Shown here: positions 23,693-36,539 of the stretch, piece after piece | Position numbering within the stretch: position 1 is the first letter of the stretch | How the letters are laid out: every line of letters begins with the position of its first letter | Assembly: GCA_025594325.1 (NCBI GenBank) | Contig: JANHCV010000001.1 | Coordinates: 5,022,001-5,086,000 of the forward strand | Reading direction: 5' to 3' | From: Blastocladiella emersonii ATCC 22665 | Lineage: Eukaryota > Fungi > Blastocladiomycota | Length of the DNA stretch: 64,000 nt | The notes under the pieces: generated by a model | Seen by the model: the letters and a program-made list of their open reading frames with translations, nothing else | Told to the model about the DNA's origin: nothing | The model's database searches: none | Program-made: the position numbers and the translations under genes

Positions 23693-23998
23693 AGTAGGGC
23701 GGCGGCGACTTTCCCCCCGCTTTCATACCATCCATTCGCCCTCCCTCTCCTTCGCCGTCCTCCCGGCCTCGGACCACCAACCACCACCACCATGTAGACG
23801 ATGACAAACCATCCTCTCGCCCAACCGCTCCCTCCTCTCCTTTCTCCCGCTCTCTGTTCTCTCTCCACTCGTGTTAGCTCCAATTTGCTCGTCTCTGTTT
23901 TTGATCCATCGCCTCCCCTCCATGTCCTGTCCTCCCATCGTGGCAGCACGAGTTTTCCATGCCAAGAAATATCATATCATTGTACTTTTATTCCCTCG

Positions 23999-24956
23999 TT
24001 ACGCTCCTCTTGCCGCGCCCGGCCGCGCGTCTGCGAGCAGCTCGGCCAGCTCTTGTCCTGACACGGATGCCGTCACGCCAGGCGGTTGTGGTCCCAGAAT
24101 GCGCTGCACCTCGGCCGCGGCCCACGCGTGGTGCGCGGCCGTGGGTTGCGTGGGTGGCGGGACCAGGTCGGGCACCGCGGTCGCTGCGGCCGCGAGCTCG
24201 GTCTGGATGTACTGTGCGGCGGCTTCGGGGTCTACACAGTGGTGAGGGATGAGCGCTCGGACCACCGCACACCGATCGACAGTCCGTACCGGAGACGTGC
24301 AAGGCCTGCTCAACGCCCTCGAGAATCCGGTCCGCGGCCTCGAGGTAATGCGCGTGCGCGTCGACGACGCGGACGCGGCGTTCCGCGACGCTTCGCGCGT
24401 GCGCTGCGTCGGGCAAGATACGCCGGATCGCGGCGGCGCGCGCCTCGAGCTGCGCGGTCTCTGCGTCGAGCAGCGCGATCTCGGCGTCGAGCTCGTCCTC
24501 GGTCATCTCGCACCCCTCGGCGAGCGCGAGCTGCGACGGGAGCGGCATCTGGGCCGCGATCGTCTCCGGGACCTCGAACGCAAAGTGGGTCAGGTACATC
24601 TCGTAGAAGTCGCCGCGGCGGTCCTCGATCACGTTCATGGCCGACGACAGCGCGAACAGGCCTTGCTCGGCGCTCCGGTCGTGTGCGGGCCCGACGCCAA
24701 GATCGTCGAGGGCCGGGCGAAGGCACGCGTCGAGGGCAAGCTCGGCCGACTCGCTCACGATGTTCACCAGCTGGTCGATGATGTCACGCCGACACGTCCC
24801 GAGGTACTCGTACTCGAGCTGCGCCGTGTGTGCGAGGAGCAGCATCGCGGGGTCGGCGGGCGGTGGGGGCGCAGCAGCGGCTGGCGCGGGCGCGGGGCGC
24901 GGTGGCGAGGAGCCGACGACGGACTCGGGCGAGTGCGCCGAGTCGTAGTATTCCAT
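23999..24956 (-). CDS. MIS12: Kinetochore MIND complex subunit Mis12/Mtw1-like
   Basis: EYEYLG..RDIIDQLVNIV and EQGLFAL...DFYEMYLTHFAFEVP match the Mis12 N-terminal pattern, followed by coiled coil; one intron near 24232-24288. Confidence 0.65.
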
Positions 24957-25211
24957 TGCAGTGACTGGCGGGGTATGTTGAAGGGGGAGCGAGAGGACGG
25001 GGTCGTGCTCAAAACGAGAACGGGGGCGTGAGATCGGCAGGAAACGCTCACGCGGCGCGGCTGCCAGGCGCGTCAAGTTGCCTCGCAGACGCGTTTCACA
25101 CATTTTTGAGGGGTCGTACAACCAATGGCCATGTATGTATATCATCATCGTCTTCATCTCTTGTACACGACAGCAAAACTGGCTACTGAGTCTTGTCGAC
25201 GAGCCAGCGAC

Positions 25212-25502
25212 TTACGGGCGCGGGCGGGGCGGGCGCGACGGGCACGCGTCCGAGCAGAAGTTGAAGCAGTTGCAGTTCTTGCCCGACCCGCACTGGTTCT
25301 TGCAGTCGCGGTAGCAGTCGCCCCACGAGCACGAGACTACGCAAGTTTGGACGGAGGATTGTCAGCGAGTGGCCGGACAGAGGCGGCACGGCGAAGTGGA
25401 TCACGTACTCGACATCTCGGGCTCGGCAGGAGCAGCCGAAACGGCCGTGGCCGTAAGGCCGAGGACGGCGACGAGCGCGAAGACGAGGGTGGTCGCACGC
25501 AT
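25212..25502 (-). CDS. Small secreted cysteine-rich peptide (72 aa, 8 Cys)
   Basis: Exons 25502-25409 and 25336-25212; 72-nt GTACGT..GCTGAC..TAG intron. Product MRATTLVFALVAVLGLTATAVSAAPAEPEMSISCSWGDCYRDCKNQCGSGKNCNCFNFCSDACPSRPPRPRP; strong GC3 codon bias. Confidence 0.85.
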
Positions 25503-25556
25503 CTTGGGTGAGAGTGAGTCTGTCGAGCAGCGCTGGGTCGGCGGGCGGTGGCCGGG

Positions 25557-25563
25557 TTTTATA
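25557..25563 (-). promoter_or_regulatory. TATA box of the Cys-rich peptide gene
   Basis: TATAAAA on the minus strand about 55 bp upstream of the ATG, in otherwise GC-rich DNA. Confidence 0.65.
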
Positions 25564-26129
25564 CTCCCGGGCGCTCCGAGATGACCGACTCGCCGCCAAG
25601 GGTTTCGCGTTGGTCGGCTGCCGTTCTCGTCAACATGCAAGTCGATGAGCTGCACTCTGCCGATGCATTGAAGCGCCGGTCCTGGAGGGTCGCGCACCCC
25701 TTGCCAAACGAGGACGTTCAAGTGTCCATTGCGACGGTCTGGTGCCGTATTCTTGCGCGTGCATCTCGACGCTGTGAACGAAACGAGATGATGTCCACGA
25801 TCAGCTGTTCGATCACGCGCACGACGTGCATAAGCTCGCGTCCTTTCGTTTCGTCCGGTGCGCGTACGCGTCGCGCGTCTGCCGTCCCTCTCACCGGCGC
25901 CGACCAAGTTTTTTCGGCGCCGACGATGATTTTGGGGACATTGCCGCTGGGTCACAGGATCGACGTAATATTCGAGCCTGGTGCTAGCTCGGTCGGCACC
26001 TTCCGCGATGGGACGGACCGCAGCGGGTCGCACCTTGCCCATCTCCGCTCCGCTGAGATCACATGCAGCAGATCATTCGTCCAATCACACTCGTATTGCA
26101 CAAATCACACCCACCATCAACACCAACAA

Positions 26130-29100
26130 CTACGGAACAAACACCTGCACCTCCGACTTGTGCTTGCGCAGCGAGAACCGGCTCCCGCCCGCGTCCGCCC
26201 CACCGCCGCCGAGACTCTTCTCCGACGGCTGGCGCGCGAGGTGCTCAAACTTCATCCCTATCTGCTTCTTGTGTGCCGTGAGGGCAAACGACGCCGCGAC
26301 CTTGACGTTGACGCGGCGGCCGGCGCGGCGCAGGAGGAGCCAGACGAGCGACGCGACAGCCACAACGTGCTCCTCGGACCGCAGAATCACGTCGCCTTTC
26401 GGCTCGCGCACCGGGTCGCAGTGCAGCACTACGAGCCCGTCGGCGAGCGGCGACGTCGAAATGGATGTGACGTGCGCGAGCGGGATCTGCGCCTTGACGA
26501 GAATGGGGGTCGGGCCCGCAGCGCCGGCGGCGGCGGCCTCGGCGGGGAACAGGAACAGGTGCTTGCGCGTGACGACGACGAGCCGCTCCGACGGCTTGAA
26601 GTCGGTGCGGCGGATCTTGTTCCCGACGAACGCGTACGCGATCTCGGCGCCGGGCTCCTGGCGCGCGACCGTGTCGCGGACCGCGGGCGTGACGACGGCG
26701 GGGTCCCAGGTGAACGGGCGCGGGACGGACGCCGCGTACCCCTCCTTCTCGCTGAGAATCTCGCCCGCGACCATCTTCCACTCGAGCATCTCGCGTTGCT
26801 CCGGCGGGAGGGACCGGAGGTACCGGGTGCCCTCCACGCTGCGGTACAGCTTGGCGAGGGCGGCGCCGAGCCGCGGGTTCCACGGACACTTCGGGATCGC
26901 AACCTTGTGCCACGGCTTGCCCTCGGCCGTGCGCTGGTGCCGCTCGGCGACGCGCACCTGCTTGAGGTACTCGCGGCGGTGGCGGACGCGCCACCACTTC
27001 TGCAGGTACGGCACCGCGTACTTGGGCATGGTGCGCTGCAGCCGCGCGAACTTGCGCCGCGCCGCGTGGCCGCGCGCGACGCGGGAGATGTTGGTGGCGG
27101 CGCGCCGCATGCGGAGGTACCGCCGCCGCAGGACCCACCGCCGCGCGAGAGACTGTACCGTGACGATGGCGCGGCGCTCGGCGAGGTACGCGCGACGCTG
27201 AACGTGCATTCGCCATGTCGCCTGGATCTTGGTCGCGAGACGCGTCTTGATCTCATTGCGCTTCAGCTCGAGCGCGTGGAGCTACGTACGGCGGCGGCGG
27301 TGTGTCAATGAGCCATCTTCGAGCGGAACCATCGAACCAAGTACCGTCTTGGGGCTCGCGATAAAGATCTTAGTCTTCCCCCACGCGCACTCGCTGGGCG
27401 CGATCCCGAACGCCTCGAGGATCTTGACGATCCCGTCCTTGACGTCGCCGTGCCAGTCGGGCCACGTCGCGGGGCACAGCATCTTGTACCGGAACAAAAA
27501 CTTGTCGAGTCGCTCGCGGTAGCAGTACCCGGCGCGGACACAGCGGATATTCTCGAGCAGGCCGAGGTACGTGGCCTGGTGGACGACGAGCTGCGGGTCG
27601 AACTCGCCGGCGCGCTTGTTGGCGTTGGGCTTGATGCACCGGATGTAGTGCGGGGTCTTGGCCAGCATGTTGGCGACGAGCGCCGCGAGCGAGGTCCGGA
27701 ACTGCGTCACGAGCGACTCGGGCCGCTTGAACGACTCGGCGGCGCCGGGCGCGGTCCCGAACAGGGTGTGAAGGAGCGGGAGAGAGCTGCCGCCGAGGCA
27801 GGACTTGACGTCGGGCAGCAGCGCGTCGCGGTTCTTCTCGAGAAACCCGCGCGTGTGGTACGTGACGTTGCCCGCGTAGTGGCGCAGGCGGAACGAGTCG
27901 TGGTCGAGCGACTTGTCGTTGCGCGTCTTCTCGCGCGAGTCAAAGTGCTTGTTTGCGAGGACGTGCCGGTTGAGCTTGGCGAGGAAGGTCGCGTCGGTCA
28001 CGTCGCCGACCATGTTGGTCTCCTCGTCGAGCAGGGCGAGGATCCCGCCCTTGCGGCTCTCGATCAGGTCGACAATCGCCTGGTTGTTGGCAAACTCGAC
28101 AAACGTCCACGGGATCCCCTCGGCCTCGTACTCGGCCTGCTCGCCGCGCAGCGTCAGCTCGATGAACAGCTGCTGCAGCTTCTCGTTGGCGTAGTTGATG
28201 CTGAACTGCTCGAGCCCGTTGGACGGGAAGATCTCGAACCCGAAGATGTCGAGCACGCCGATCACGCGCGTCCGTGTCCCAGGCGCCGCCGTCGACTTGC
28301 TCGCCGAAAGTCGCCCGTTGAGCCACTCGACGAGCCACGCGAACACGCGCCCGTAGATGGCCCGCGCGCACGCGTGCCGCGACTGCTCGGCCTGCGCGAC
28401 CGTCAGCGGGATCACCATGTCCTCGCCCTTGGCCGCCTTGTCGCGCATCGTCCGGTGCGTCAGGCTGAACTCGAGCCCGGAGCGCGGGACGCCCAGCAGC
28501 TCGGCCGCGTGGTCGAGCGACTTGGCCGACGCCGCTGCAATGCGCGAGCCGACGGGCGTCGCTGCTGCACCACCCTCGGCAGCCGCGGGTTCGGCAGCGG
28601 CCGCTGCGTCCTCGAACACAAGGTTGCCGAGATGCAGGATCCCCGCGACGCACCGGAATAGCTCGGTGCGCTGGTCCTCGGGCATCCCGAGCTTTTCGAG
28701 TGCGCTGACGAGCGCCGCGAACTGGGCCGCGTCGTCGACGCCGGCGGCCGTGACCTCGCCCTCGCGGAGGAACGCGTAGGCGCGCGGGTCGTCGTGCTCG
28801 AGCTTGAGCGTAGCCCGGAGTGCGGCGGGGGCGCGGAGCAGCTGGTAGAAGATGTGGAAGGAGCGCTCGCCGTCGGCGTGGTGGTTGACGCGCGACTTCT
28901 CGAGCAGGTACGTGGTGATGCGGCCGCCGACGGGCTGGCCGCGGTAGTTGAACTCGAGCTCCGTGTACTTGCCGAACCGCGAGCTGTTCTCGTTCAGCTT
29001 GGTCTTGGCGTTGCCGAAGGATTCGAGAACGGGCGACGCGAGCAGGAGCTTCTGGTTGATCTCCTGGACCTGGGCCGAGTTGCCCGTGACCTTGGCAATG

Positions 29101-29540
29101 TACTGCATGAAGATCTTGCTGGCCTCGGTCTTGCCCGCGCCCGACTCGCCCGTGATCAGCACGCACTGGTCCTGGTTGCGGTCGCGCATGTTGCGGTACG
29201 CCTGGTCCGCGATCGAGTAGATGTGCGGCGGCACCTCGTAGATGCCCTTTTCGCGGTAGTAGTCGATGTAGTTGTCCGTGTACAGGCCCGAAAGCTGCTT
29301 GTGCGGGTTCACCGACAGGATCACGTTGCCGATGCGGGTCTACACGATGTCCGAGAGTCAGCCGGGAGTCGCGTCGCTGCCTTCTTCGTTTTTGGATCGT
29401 ACGTAGGGCAGGTCCGCCGCATGGCGCGCCTTGAGGTTCTCGGCGAGCGCCTCGAGCGTGACATCGTGCAGCAGGACGCAGTCGTCGACGCCGGCCGCGC
29501 CGGTTCCCGTGCCTGTAGCGGCGGGGTTGGCTGAAGCCAT
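26130..29540 (-). CDS. MYO1: Class I myosin, short-tailed (motor, 3-4 IQ motifs, TH1; no TH2/SH3/acidic tail)
   Basis: GESGAGKTEASK, ENSSRFGKY, DIFGFE, NYANEKLQQ, PHYIRCIKPN; IQ motifs; TH1 KIRR...ERLVVVTRKHLFL; ends VQVFVP. Two introns. Confidence 0.92.
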
Positions 29541-29973
29541 GATGTGATGATGTTCGTTAAGTCCAGATCGGTCAAGGGGTAGGGAGTCCAGATAGAGGCG
29601 AGCGTGCAGTTGCGGCGAGTGGGCACATTCTAACTTGATCCATGGTGCGTGTGCAGCTAAGCATACAGTGCGGGGCGGGATACATTTTGAGCCGGCGGCG
29701 CGAGACAACTGACCAAGTGTGGCGTTTCGCGTGTGCGCGGCTCACGTGTTTGATTGACGCGTCTCACGGTGCGAGACATTTTTTGCGGCGAGAGAAGGAA
29801 AACGAATCAAATGCAGACGAGGGGGGAACGGAAAACGGATGGCGGAAACGACAAAAAGGGAGGGAGAGAGAATGGGACAAGGAAGATGAGCGGGGGGAAA
29901 ATGGTCATCGAGGGGAGGAGGGGGGAGACGAGAGGGAGGAGGATGATGAGGCAGAAGGTCTAGACGCGGCGAG

Positions 29974-32532
29974 CTACTTGCACACGCGGAACTCGGCCAG
30001 CAGCGGAATGTGGCTACACGAACACGGAAAGAGTCAGCACCGCGAACCAGTCACGCGCAAGCGAACAGCGGGAACGTACTCGGACGGAAAGTGGGCATTT
30101 GGGAACCCGACCACCTTCTTGCAGTAGTTCTTGTCGACGCCGCCGAGGAGCCCGATCACGGACAGCGTGTTGTTGGTGTACCAGATGTAGTCGATGACGC
30201 CGACGAAGTTGGGCACCATGTTGGTGAAGGTGACCTTGGAGTCGGCGTACGACGACTTGAGGGACATGCGGTGGCTGAGCCCCTCCTTGGTGTAGTTGCC
30301 GTAGTTGAACGACTTGAAGTCGGCGTGGTCCTTGGCGACGCGCCCCGTGCGCAGCAGCTCGTAGACGCCCGACGTCGGCAGTGAGTTGAAGTCGCCGCAG
30401 ATGAGCACGGGCAGTTGTGGCGGCTGCGCGCTGCGCGCGGCCCCGTTGCTGCCGACCGAGTCGAGCGCCGCGAGCTCCTTGGAGTACTTGGAGCACACGG
30501 CCTCGAGCTGCTCCATGAGCATGGCGACCTGGACCAGCTTGACGTCGCAGAACACGGGGTCCCAGTGGATGTGGCAGTTGGCGACCAGGATGTGCGACCC
30601 GGTCTCGACGTTCTGCAGCAGCGCGAGCACCGCGACGTTGTCCTTGGTCATGAGCCGGTTGTACACGTCCTCGGTCTTCTTGAAGTCGGGCTTCTGCAGC
30701 GCCATCTGGTTGAACTCGATCACCTGCTGGTCGACGAGCGAGTATTTCGACGCGCGGAAGAAGGTAGCGCACCCGTCGACGGACTTGCGCTCCCAGTCGG
30801 ACATGGTGCGCGCGCGGGTCTTTGGCCAGAAGACGGACTCGTACCCGCCGAGCTCCTTGAGCTGGGTGGTGAAGAAGTTGTCGTACTGCTGCATCTCCAC
30901 CTCCTGCAGGCACACAATGTCGGCCGAGTACAGCAAGATCTCCTGCAGGATCGCGTCGCTGCGGTAGCTCCAGTCGAGCGCCCACGACGGCGTGTACCCG
31001 TACATTTTCTGCGTCGCGTACTTTTCCGACAGGATGTTGTAGCAGAACACGGAGCACGTTTCGCTCGGCCCCGCGGGCGCCTGCGTCTCGAGCACGATCC
31101 ACTCGCGCTCTGGCGGCTGGTTGCCGACTACACGTGCGCGCGGTGGGTCAGTAAATGGCGACGGCGGTACGTTCCACAACGAAAGCGTACCGGGCGCGTG
31201 GTCGCGGAGGTAGGAGACGAGCGCCTGGGTGCCCTCCTTCTGGATAATGGCGAGGATGTTATCCTGGATCGGGTTGCCCTCAATCCCCAGACTCTCGAGC
31301 TGGTACAGGTTGCCTAGCTCCCACGGGAGCGTGTTGAGCTGGTTGTCGAACATGTACAGGCACTGGAGGTTGACGAGCATGCCGATCTCGGGCGGGACGG
31401 CGGCGAGCCGGTTGCCGGACACGTCGAGGAGGACGAGCGAGCGGAGCTGCTCGATGGCGGGCGGCAGCGCCACGAGGTAGTTGTGGTTGAGGTACAGCAT
31501 GGTCAGGAACGAGTAGTGGAAGATGGCCGGCGACAGGTTGCGCAGGGACATGCCGCCCAAGTCGAGCGTGGTCCACGACGACGTGGTGCCCGTCGACTTG
31601 GACCCGGCCGCGCCGTCCTCGACCTCGTCGGACGTCGACGAGTTGCTGTTGGTGTTGTTGTTCGCGGTCCCGGGCCGCTGCGAGGCCGCCTGCGGCGCGT
31701 TCGGGTCAAACTGGTTGGCGAGCAGCGCGTTGCCGTTATTGCTGCGCGAGAGCGCGGCCGCGGTCCTTGCGCGGAGGTGCGGCTGCGCCGACTGCCGCGA
31801 CACCTGCTGCTGCGAGATGGACGCCTGGTGGATCGTCGACACGGGCGTGGCGAGCGGCGGTGGCGGCATCGGCACGATGGGTGGTGGCATACCCCCACCG
31901 CTCCCGCCGTGCTGCTGGGATTGCTGTTGCTGAGACTGCTGCTGCTGCTGCTGCGAGTGCAGCGAGTGCGCGTGGTGCGACGACAGCGAGTGCGCGTGCG
32001 CTGCGGCAGCGGCGTGCGGGTGGCCGTGCGTGTGCGGGAGGGCGCGCGGGTGTGCGGCACCCGCACCGGCGTGCGCGTGGCCGTGCGCGTGGTGCATGTG
32101 GGCGCCCATGGACAGGCCGGCGAGCCCGTTGGACGCAGCCGACGCGTACATGGCGGATCCGGCGCCGCCGGGGCCCGAGCCGGCGAGGCCTGCGGGTCCG
32201 TTGGCGGGGTTGAGGCCGAGGCCGCCGAGCGACTGCTGCCCCTGGCTGCCACCGCCCGGCTGCTGGGCGCCGCCGCCCCCCTGCTGCTGCTGTGACAGCT
32301 GGAACAGGTTCGGGAACGCGGGCGGGTTCATGGCCATGGACATGGCGGCGGCGGCGTGCTGGTTCTGGCCGAGGCCGAGGTGCAGCGGCTGTTGCTGCTG
32401 CTGCTGCTGCTGCGGTGGGGGAGGCGGCGGCTGGCCGTTGAGGGCGCCGAGCGAGCCCTTGGCGCCGGCGGCGGCCGCGCCGGCATACAGCGGCCAGGCG
32501 TCCTTGTCCGGGCCGTCGTTGCCGGAGAACAT
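29974..32532 (-). CDS. CCR4: CCR4-NOT deadenylase Ccr4/CNOT6 (Q/H-rich N-terminus, LRR, EEP nuclease)
   Basis: LRR repeats, YNILSEKYAT, DIVCLQEV, ANCHIHWDP, CGDFNS, VIDYIWY; last exon after an intron gives FPSDHIPLLAEF; in-frame intron 31190-31128. Confidence 0.95.
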
Positions 32533-33560
32533 GGCCTGGGCGCGCGCAGGAAGGAGGAGGGTGGTGGCGGACGTGGAGGTAGCGGTGGGCGGCGCAGGAT
32601 GGAGGGTGGAGGTCGTGAAGGCGACGGCAGCGACAGCGACAGCGGAGGCGAGGGGAGTCGTGAGCGATACACGATCGGGTGCGGGTACAGGTCGGCGGCG
32701 GTCGTCGTTGGCGTCGGCGCGCGCGGAGGTGGAGCAGCAGCGGCAGGACGGAGCCGGGCGGCGGCGGCAACAGGTCTGAACGACGCGTTCTGCGGGAGAT
32801 GGGCAGAGCCGCGGGCAGGACAGGCGTCAGGAAGACAAACTATCGGTTGGCCGGGTCGCGTATCGATGCGGGGTCGGTTCGAGGGCGGCGGGACGCGGGC
32901 ACGCAATCGAGGGCCGTGTGGCACAGCACGGCGGGGTCCACGAGGCGAGTGGCGGGCTACACGCGAAGCAGGGAGGGTCCATTGAGCACACGGAGGGCGA
33001 GTACGGGTAGAACTGCGGGGAGGAGACGGGGACGAGGAGCGACCATGCAGGTAACGCATGACCCCTTCGCCGAGCTTGTCTCCCCGCCGGTTCTCGTAGG
33101 CCGACGTACTTCTTGCGGTTGCGCGTCGCGTCGGTGGATGCTTTCGCGGGTGCAGAGTCGTCCAGAGCAGTTGCGGGTAGAGCGGGTCGACGACCAGGTC
33201 GAGCGGGGTGCGGACACTAGCGGGGTCGTCGCGATGGCAGGCGCGGCGGTGTGGTGCTCCGGGCGGCGGGCGGGCAGAGCGTGCGGATGCGTTGCAGGGG
33301 TCGGCGGGAGTGTGCACGCGACGGAGCGTCGTCGGCTTCGGCGTCGCGGTCGTGGGTCGGCGGGCTGGTGAAGCGACGTTGTTCGCGCCGCGGCGGCGGG
33401 GCGATGCGAGTGGCACGCCGAGCGGCTGACCGCGCCCTTCATTTTTCGACTCGAGAACGCGTCACGCGTTTCAGCCCCACTTTTTCGGGTCCTCCATCGA
33501 CGTGGAGTACAGTCATTGATCTTCTCTGTGGTATGCCATACACAACAACAACTCTCTCAC

Positions 33561-34302
33561 TCAGTGCCCGCCGTGCTCCTCGCGGCACGCCTGCGTCTGG
33601 AAGATCATGGGCCCCGCGACCATGTTCATGGCGGCGGTCCCCGCGAGCGCCTCGACGATGGCAAGCGCAAAGTCAAACGTGGTCCCGGGCCCGCGGCTCG
33701 TGATGAGGCGGCCGCCGAGCGCCGACACGACGCGCAGCTCGGGCCCGCCCGTCTTGAACTCGAACGCAACCCCGTGGGGTGCGCCCGCCGCGGTGAGCTG
33801 CTCGGTCACCTCGCGCTGCACCGACGGGTGCGCCGTGACCGCCATGGGCGCCGACTTGTCGAGCGTCGCCGCGAGCTGCGGCAGCGCCTCGCCCATGGCG
33901 GGGCCGAGCGCGAGCGGCGCCGCGCACACCATGGCCACGTGCTTGCCGGCGGCCAGGTGCCGCGCGACGACGGCGTGGACCGCGGGCGAGGCCTGGAACG
34001 CGCGCGCGCCGTCGATGCCGCCGGGGAGCGCGACCACGTCAAACACCTGGTCCTTGACGCTGTCGAAGCTCGCGTCGGGCGTCAGCTTGATCCCGCGGCT
34101 GCACGTCACCACACCTACGCGCCGGCGTGTCAGCCATGGTCCTGCTCGTCGTCCCCGAGAGGGCGCACGCACCAGTGCCCGTCAGGCCCGCGACGACCAC
34201 GTCGATCTTGGCGCGGCGCAGAATGTCGATGGTGATGACCGCCTCCATCTCCTCGCTGCCCTCGGCGATCACCACGAGCGCGCGCTTTGCCTCGAGTGCC
34301 AT
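33561..34302 (-). CDS. DJ-1/PfpI family protein (PARK7-like)
   Basis: [30 protein letters not shown] (nucleophile Cys), ITSRGPGT; one intron. Confidence 0.9.
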
Positions 34303-34660
34303 GTTTCGTTTGATACGTGTGTCGTACGCGTTGCTTTTGCGGGAGAGCGAGTGCTGGCGAGGTTAAACGCGCGCCGCCAAAAAACGCGCACGGACGCGTG
34401 CGACTCACTCGTCGCTGGTCACCGGAATCGTCCAATCACGTTGGCGCAGCACGCGCATGACCGACGCGTCTCGCACCCGCGTCTCGCATCCGCTCGAGTG
34501 TCTCCACCTCGCCACTCTCTTGTTCGAGCGACCGCCAGAATCACGCGGACACATCGCACCCCTGTCTGATGCGATCGCTGAAAATGCATCGACCCAACCT
34601 CCTTGAAACGACCGATCACTCCATGCATCTCTCTTGAAACCCCTCTATGCATCCGTTGCC

Positions 34661-36500
34661 ATGTCGACGCCCAACCTGCCGTCGGACGTGTGCGCGACCG
34701 ACTCAACAACCAAGCTGCGCGCGAAAGCCAAGAGCACATGGTCGCTGACCCGCTACGGGTCGAGCCTGCTGACGCGGCTACGTCGGCTCGCGTCGACCAC
34801 GGTCCCAGGCCTGGCCGGTGCAGCCGACGGCGGCGCGAACGGGCTCACCTTCGACGCGCTGCTGCTGCGCGACAAGATCGGTGACGTGACGCTGGCCGAG
34901 TTCGAGGCGCACCTGCGCGACAGGCACTGCGTCGAGCAGCTCGAGTTTATCATGGCGCTGCACGAGGCGTGGAAGCCGCTGCTCCTCGAGGACGGGGACG
35001 AGGAGGCTGAGCCGGATCCGCCGCCGCTGCACTTGCTCCCGCACGCCGTGGCCAGGGCGGGTGGTGGACGTGGCCGCGGGTCGTCCGAGGGCAACGATGC
35101 GCGGCCCTTTGCCGCCCCGCTCGTCGTGTCGACGGTCGGCAGCTCGCTCGGATCGCCCGACTACGACGCCTCCAGCCAGCCGCTCGTCGCGTCGCCGCAC
35201 CCGATGCCCGGCCGCGCATCGGCACCGCTCGCGAGGGCGCGCATGGTTCATTCAAGTACGTTAACCACCCGCTTGCAATCATACCAGACCTCTGACACGT
35301 TCGAGACGTGTAGTGGACCAACTCTCCTCGCGCCCACGGCAGCTCCACGAGCTGTCGTCGCACAGCCTGTTCGTCGCGACCGCGAAACGCACCAGCATGG
35401 GCGGTGGAGGCGGCAGTGCATCTCCGTCACCCACCCGCGGCGGCGGCGCGTTTGGCACGAGCCCATCGAGCGCCGCGAGCCGGGGCAGCCACGGGAGCGG
35501 GCCGCTCGCCGACAGCCCCGTAGCGGTGCCCGTCTCGCCGCCGAAACGCCCGTCGCTGAGCCCGCTGTCGCCAGACCGCGGCCGCCCCGGGTTCACGGGA
35601 GGCTCGCGGCCGGGATCTTGCCACGCGTCGTCGGCGTCGCTGATCGCGAGCCCAGACCCTGCGCCTGGGAGCGGGACGGGCACGCCGCCGGCCCACCAAA
35701 CGCACGGGTCTTCTGGCGACACATCCTCGCGCGACACGTCGTCGCGGTCGTCAAGCGCCGAGCGGGCCGGCACCCTCGCGCCGTTCCCATCCACCACCAC
35801 TGCCGCCGCCACCGGCACCGCGGCGGTGCACCAGTCGACGCTCCCGCACATCCCGCGCCGTCCACGCTCGCGCTCGCACGTCCCGTGGCGCTCGATCTCA
35901 TCCATCTGGCCGAGCATCGAGGACCGGCCGCGGTCCAAGTCGGAGATGGCGACCACCAACGGTCGCCGGCACCCGTCCTCGTCGTCTGACGTCGGGAGCA
36001 CGCTCCCGCTGTTCGCCGCGCTGTCACAAGCCTTCTCCGCAACGGCGTCGCGCGGGTCGCGCGGGTCGACGTCATCCCTCACCTCGCGGTCCTCGGACGG
36101 CTCGCTGACAGGCGGTGGGCGGATTCGGACCCCGTCGGCACGCACGGCAAGGGAACGCGTCTCGGGGGCGAGCGCGTCGAGCCTGCTGTACCTGCCGGAC
36201 CTCCCCGAGACGGAGCCGCGCGCGCGGCGGCGGGTGCGGACCGCGCAGCAGATCGCGGCCACGTTCATCGATCCGCGCGCGCCGAGGACGGTGGGCGTCA
36301 GGGAGAAGGTGGCCAAGGGCGTGCTGAGCGCGGTCAAGCGCGCGGCGGCGACGGGCGGGATCGCGGGCGACGTGTTCGACATGGCCGAGGCCGAGGTCAT
36401 GAGCACGCTGCGCGCTGTGTTCCAGTTATTCCTCGCGTCGCGACGACAACAAAGCTCTCCCTCCCCCCAAACCCCGACGAAGGTCCCACTTTTGCCTTAG
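34661..36500 (+). CDS. Regulator of G-protein signalling (RGS) domain protein with a split domain
   Basis: N-half TLAEFEAHLRDRHCVEQLEF; C-half AQQIAATFIDPRAPRTVGV...DVFDMAEAEVMSTL..VFQLFLAS; intron 35256-35313. Confidence 0.75.
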
Positions 36501-36539
36501 CCACATTGATATATACACACGACCTCGCCTCCCTCCCCC

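Noticed and set aside
31128-31190. Apparent peptide insertions in CCR4, QTRT2 (57050-57109) and PAH1 (59498-59557)
   Set aside because: These are 60-63-nt in-frame introns with canonical donor, branch and acceptor.
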